NCBI GenBank assembly: GCA_042216675.1
Contig: JBDGTS010000003.1
Coordinates: 45,227 to 109,226 of the forward strand
Length of the DNA stretch: 64,000 bases
Direction of reading: 5' to 3'
Source: Halobacteriaceae archaeon
GTDB taxonomy: Archaea; Halobacteriota; Halobacteria; Halobacteriales; Halobacteriaceae
The notes beneath the pieces are model-generated. The model had not been told where the DNA came from, did no database searches, and saw only the letters and a list, made by a program, of their open reading frames with translations. Positions 60,153-64,000 of this stretch are shown here, piece by piece. A program made the position numbers and the translations under genes. The number at the start of each line of letters is the position of its first letter. Position 1 is the first letter of the stretch.

Positions 60153-60929
60153 ATGGCAGTAGAGTGGCGCACCCTCGTGCGACCCGACAGCCGCCTCCTG
60201 ATGGCTCTCGCCGTCGTCGTCGTCGGCGTCGTCGCGGGCTACGTCCTCGGTCGCCTGTCGAATCGCTTTCTCAGCGCCATCGGCGTCCCCGCGGCCGTCG
60301 AGGGCACCTCCTTCGAGCGCACGGCACAGAGTCTCGGCACCTCGACGGTGGCGCTGTTCTCCCGCCTGCTCTCGTGGTTCATCTACGGCGTCAGCATCCT
60401 CCTCGCGTTCCAGACGGCGCGCCTGTTCCACAGGACGGTGCTCTGGGCGCGCATCGGCGCGTTCATTCCCGACCTGTTCTTCGCGCTGTTCACCCTCGCT
60501 GCCGGCTTCGTCGCGGGCGACAAGGCCGAACTCACCGTTCGGGAGCGGCTGAGCGCCCTCAAGATTCGGGAGGTGTCGATGGTCCCGCGGGCCGTCAAGT
60601 ACACCGTCGTCTACGTCGCGTTGCTCGTCGCACTCGGGCAGGTGGGCGTCGCCACGAACGCGCTGCTCATCCTGTTGCTGGTGTACGCCGCCGCGGTCAT
60701 CGTCTTCGCGGCGCTCGCACTGCGGGACACGCTTCCCGCGGCCGTCGCCGGCTACTACCTGCTGTTGCAGGAACCGTACGGCATCGGGGATACTGTCCAA
60801 ATCGGCGCGCACCGCGGCGTCGTGCAGGAGGTGAGCGTCTTCGTCACGCGCATCGAGTCCGACGGCGAGGAGTACATCGTCCCGAACCACCTCGTGTTCC
60901 GTGAGGGCGTCGTCAGGATTCGCGACTGA
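60153..60929 (+). CDS. MscS family mechanosensitive channel
   Basis: TM helices, PYGIGD, VPNH; follows dacZ. Confidence 0.88.
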   Translation: MAVEWRTLVRPDSRLLMALAVVVVGVVAGYVLGRLSNRFLSAIGVPAAVEGTSFERTAQSLGTSTVALFSRLLSWFIYGVSILLAFQTARLFHRTVLWARIGAFIPDLFFALFTLAAGFVAGDKAELTVRERLSALKIREVSMVPRAVKYTVVYVALLVALGQVGVATNALLILLLVYAAAVIVFAALALRDTLPAAVAGYYLLLQEPYGIGDTVQIGAHRGVVQEVSVFVTRIESDGEEYIVPNHLVFREGVVRIRD

Positions 60930-61410
60930 CTGGTTCGGCGGGCACGCCCGCCACCGTCTCGCCCGCGGGCACGTCGTCGGCCACCAGCGAGTTCGCTGCC
61001 ACCTGTGCGCCGGCACCGATTTCGACGCCCGGCAGGACGACGGCGCCGGCGCCGATCATCGCCCCCTCACGAACGACGACTTCTCCCGTCCGGTACTCCG
61101 TCGCGAGGAACTCGTGGCACAGCAGCGTCGCGTCGTAGCCCACGATGGCGTCGCGCTCGACGGTGACGAGGTCCGGGAAGAACACGTCCGGCGTCGCCTC
61201 CAGTCCCCACGCCGCGCCCCGGCCGACGGTCATCCCGAGGCGGCGATACAGCCAGTTCTTCGCGCGCAGACTGGGCATCACGCGGGCGACGACGACCACG
61301 ACGTAGTGCAGAACCACGCGAAGCGGGTTGCGCGCCCGCGTCCACCGCCAGAGTGAGTTGCGTGCGCCGTCGGTCCGGTGGCGGGTCAACCGGTCGTGCC
61401 TCGATGTCAC
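60913..61410 (-). CDS. hexapeptide-repeat acyltransferase
   Basis: LCHEF, IGAGAVVLPGVEIG, GVPA. Confidence 0.88.
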   Translation of the reverse strand: MTSRHDRLTRHRTDGARNSLWRWTRARNPLRVVLHYVVVVVARVMPSLRAKNWLYRRLGMTVGRGAAWGLEATPDVFFPDLVTVERDAIVGYDATLLCHEFLATEYRTGEVVVREGAMIGAGAVVLPGVEIGAGAQVAANSLVADDVPAGETVAGVPAEPVSRES

Positions 61411-61510
61411 GCCCCCCGATTCCCCCCGCACGGGCTTGAATTTGCCGCTGGTTTCGACACGTGTCGTACAGGAGGTTTATTATCGTCGAATGAATTGGGT
61501 GGAACAAGAG

Positions 61511-61738
61511 ATGCCGACACAGAAACCACCGATGCAGGTCTCGCTTCCGGGGGACCTGGATTCGCCACGGGCCAAACTCGTGTATCTGTACCTCTCGACG
61601 GTCGGCGAGGCCTCCATTCGCGACCTCACGGAGGAACTCGACATCAAGCGGATGACCGCCTACAGCATCCTCAGTACGCTCGCCTCCGAGGGCTTCGTCA
61701 CCCAAGACGGCGAGCGCTACGCCGCGGCTACTCCTTGA
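61511..61738 (+). CDS. small TrmB-like HTH protein
   Basis: LDSPRAKLVYLYL, YSILSTL; TTTATT box upstream. Confidence 0.82.
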   Translation: MPTQKPPMQVSLPGDLDSPRAKLVYLYLSTVGEASIRDLTEELDIKRMTAYSILSTLASEGFVTQDGERYAAATP

Positions 61739-61895
61739 ACGGAGAGAACTCGCCGGTGATGTCCCACGAGTGAATGCAGTGAGGGTCGCCCACCTCACCG
61801 TCTACACACCAGTTCTCCTCGGCGTCGTCCCACGCCTCCTCGCGTCCGCATCGGACGCAGGTTCGCTCCTTCGGCACTCGAATCTCCGCACTCAT
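61728..61895 (-). CDS. HEWD family protein
   Basis: CVRCGR...W...GDPHCIHSWDITG. Confidence 0.82.
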   Translation of the reverse strand: MSAEIRVPKERTCVRCGREEAWDDAEENWCVDGEVGDPHCIHSWDITGEFSPFKE

Positions 61896-61935
61896 GCGCG
61901 GAGGAATCACCTCCGCGCACATAAAGTCGCCGGGG

Positions 61936-62460
61936 TCAGGGCGCCTTTTCGCCGGCCTCGATGCGCACGTCGAGGTGGTTCTCCGGCGGCACCAGCGGAC
62001 ACTCGTAGGCGTCCGAGTACGCGCAGTAGGGGTTGTACGCCCGGTTGAAGTCGAGGACCCAGTCGCCGGAACCGGTGAGGTCCTCGCCGGTCAGATCGAG
62101 GTAGCGCCCCACCTCGTACGTCTCGTCGCCGTTCGTCTCGTCCGTGAACGGTATCCAGAGACGCTGTTCGTCCGGGTCCGCACGATACGCCGTGAGCGTG
62201 CAGTCCTCGCCGCCGACGGTGAACGCGAACTCGCCCCACCGGTAGTAGGTCCGTTGCCCGCCCGTCGAGGTGCCGACGGACACCGCCTCGTGGTCGGCGA
62301 ACTCGTCGAGGGTCAACTCGAAGCGGTACGCCGGGTCGGGCGCGAAGTACTGCAGGCCGTCGAACGTCTCCGTCTCCGCGACGGGGGACTGTGGATGCTC
62401 ACGCAGATACTCCTCTTTCTCCGCCCTGTGCTGGCGAATCTCCTGCTCCCAGCCGGCCAT
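61936..62460 (-). CDS. DUF1684 domain protein
   Basis: HPQSP, PFTDETNG, GRYL, DFNRAYNPYCAY...CP. Confidence 0.92.
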   Translation of the reverse strand: MAGWEQEIRQHRAEKEEYLREHPQSPVAETETFDGLQYFAPDPAYRFELTLDEFADHEAVSVGTSTGGQRTYYRWGEFAFTVGGEDCTLTAYRADPDEQRLWIPFTDETNGDETYEVGRYLDLTGEDLTGSGDWVLDFNRAYNPYCAYSDAYECPLVPPENHLDVRIEAGEKAP

Positions 62461-62538
62461 ACCGGCCGTTCGGCCCCGCGTCAGAAATCGCTACCGGCGG
62501 TGGGAAGCGTTTTGCCCGCCGGGTGCGGTGGGCGACGT

Positions 62539-63324
62539 GTGACACGCTACACGCTCTCCGCAGGATGGCGCGAGGCGGCGTTCGAGCGAGACAGCTACGG
62601 GCCGTCGAACACGCCCGGCCTCGCCGCAACCTTCGACCACGAGTCTCTCGACGACACCGTTCGAGTCCTCCCCGTTCGCTACGGATGCACCGACGGCGAG
62701 GAGTCGCTGACCGCGCTGACCACCGACTTCGCCGTCGAGTGGCGCGATCCGGCGGCGTACACGCCCGACGTGCCGGAACAGACCGTGTTCGCCGTCGTGG
62801 CCGATTGCGAGCGCCTCACGCCGGACTTCCGTCGCATCGCAACGCTGACGCGAGACGCCGACGACGCCCTCGCAATCGCGACGTGGTTGATGGACGGCGC
62901 GGACGGGGGGCGAGACGTGGCGCGACGGGTCATCTCCCACCGCGGCGAGCAGTTCGCGGTTACCACCGACCCGGCGCTGGCCGACGACGACGTTCTCGCG
63001 ACGCGCCTCGACGACGCGCCCGAGCGCTGTCTGCTCACCGGCAAGCCGACCCGGAGCCACGTCGTCGACGTACCCTACCGCTACGCCGCGACGCTCCCCG
63101 ACGTCCCCACCTCCGCCCGCAGTGTCGTCCGGTTCCCGTCCCGCCTCGACACGCTCCATGCGGCTTTCTCGCACGCGGCGTGGACCGACCGCGACCTCCA
63201 CGACGGGGCCTTTGACGCACCCCTAGAGCGCGTCTCGCCCGGCACCTACGAACTGGGCGCGGCCGCGAGCGTCGTCGCTGACGGCGCGTTCGAGCGGTTC
63301 GCGCTCGGCCGTCTCGGCGACTAA
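62539..63324 (+). CDS. hypothetical protein
   Basis: Acidic 261-aa frame from GTG 62539 with TTTTGC box upstream. Confidence 0.65.
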   Translation: MTRYTLSAGWREAAFERDSYGPSNTPGLAATFDHESLDDTVRVLPVRYGCTDGEESLTALTTDFAVEWRDPAAYTPDVPEQTVFAVVADCERLTPDFRRIATLTRDADDALAIATWLMDGADGGRDVARRVISHRGEQFAVTTDPALADDDVLATRLDDAPERCLLTGKPTRSHVVDVPYRYAATLPDVPTSARSVVRFPSRLDTLHAAFSHAAWTDRDLHDGAFDAPLERVSPGTYELGAAASVVADGAFERFALGRLGD

Positions 63325-63330
63325 CCCCCG

Positions 63331-64000
63331 TTACTCCTCGAACGTGGCGCTCCCGAAGCCGTCGTCTACGGTCAGTACCTCGCCCGTCGTGTAACTCGCG
63401 GCGTCGCTGGCGAGATAGACGGCCGCACCGGCCACCTCCTCAGGCCGCCCCAGTCGCTCCTGTGTCGTGCGCTTCTTGATGGTCTCGTAGCGCGGTTCAC
63501 CGTCGGTGTAGGTGCCCTGTGTCTGTGCGGTGACGATGAAGCCCGGCCGGACCGCATTCACGCGAATCTCCGGCCCGAGTTCCTCGGCGGCAACGCGCGT
63601 GAACGAGTCGATGCCGCCCTTCGCCGTCGAGTACGCCGCGAGGTCCGGAATGGCTGTCACCGAGGACATCGAGGAGATGTTGACGATGCTCCCCGTCTCC
63701 ATCACCTCGGCGAACTCCTGTGTCGCGCGATACGTGCCGTCGAGTTGCACGTCGAAGACGGCGTCCCACTCCGCCTCGGACACGTCGCTGACGCCCTCGC
63801 GAGCGATGGCGCCCGGCGAGTTGACGAGGACGTCGACGCCCCCGAACTCCTCGACCGCGCGGTCCCGGAGCGCCCGAATCTGCTCGCGGTCGGTCACGTC
63901 CGCCGTCTGTGCGAACGTCTCGGCGCCGCGCTCCCTGACTTCGGTGGCCGTGCGCTCCACGTCCGCCTCGGTCCGACTCGCGGCCGCCACGTCGGCGCCC
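63331..64000 (-). CDS. SDR family oxidoreductase (5' end outside window)
   Basis: ADVTD, NISS, YSTAK, VNAVRPG, YLASD. Confidence 0.9.
   Translation of the reverse strand, partial: GADVAAASRTEADVERTATEVRERGAETFAQTADVTDREQIRALRDRAVEEFGGVDVLVNSPGAIAREGVSDVSEAEWDAVFDVQLDGTYRATQEFAEVMETGSIVNISSMSSVTAIPDLAAYSTAKGGIDSFTRVAAEELGPEIRVNAVRPGFIVTAQTQGTYTDGEPRYETIKKRTTQERLGRPEEVAGAAVYLASDAASYTTGEVLTVDDGFGSATFEE

Noticed and set aside
59342-60929. dacZ-mscS linkage (c-di-AMP and osmoregulation)
   Set aside because: Already known haloarchaeal arrangement.
1-64000. Many long Arg/Pro-rich alternate-frame and antisense ORFs (e.g. 24669-26567 +, 35105-36895 -, 44035-45834 +)
   Set aside because: Shadows of real genes, expected from high GC and codon bias.

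Overview
High-GC (roughly 68-70% by eye) haloarchaeal (Halobacteria) chromosomal window with acidic proteins and mostly leaderless genes. The first ~20 kb is an accessory sugar/sugar-acid catabolism cluster: an XacE-like dehydratase, rhamnose mutarotase, 4 Gfo/Idh/MocA dehydrogenases, 3 TIM-barrel isomerases, 2 ThuA proteins, an enolase-superfamily dehydratase, an Azf-like SDR and a Cys-type sulfatase, interrupted by an MMPL/RND transporter and TrmB. Next comes hisS, carrying an in-frame ~257-aa N-terminal extension that looks like a very divergent short HisG. The rest is largely conserved housekeeping: porAB, mrp, a second sulfatase, tRNA-Ser-rps13-rps4-rps11-rpoD, tRNA-Leu-rpl18e-rpl13-rps9-rpoN-rpoK-eno-rps2, mvk-ipk, rnj-idsA-gltX, tmcA, rpl7ae-rps28e-rpl24e-ndk, split metE, rsmA, rpoF, rpl21e, EF-1beta, nop5-flpA, gshA, coaD, tRNA-Leu(TAG) and dacZ-mscS. 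Best leads: (1) the HisG-like::HisRS fusion with an internal promoter and an overlapping leader ORF whose only His codon sits at the frame junction; (2) the glycoside-hydrolase-free oxidative sugar/sulfatase cluster; (3) a structured candidate sRNA after fibrillarin; (4) a two-conformation rnj leader; (5) a tRNA-Leu 3'-end duplication element; (6) an unlisted CPxCG micro-protein. All family calls come from remembered motifs; no searches were run.
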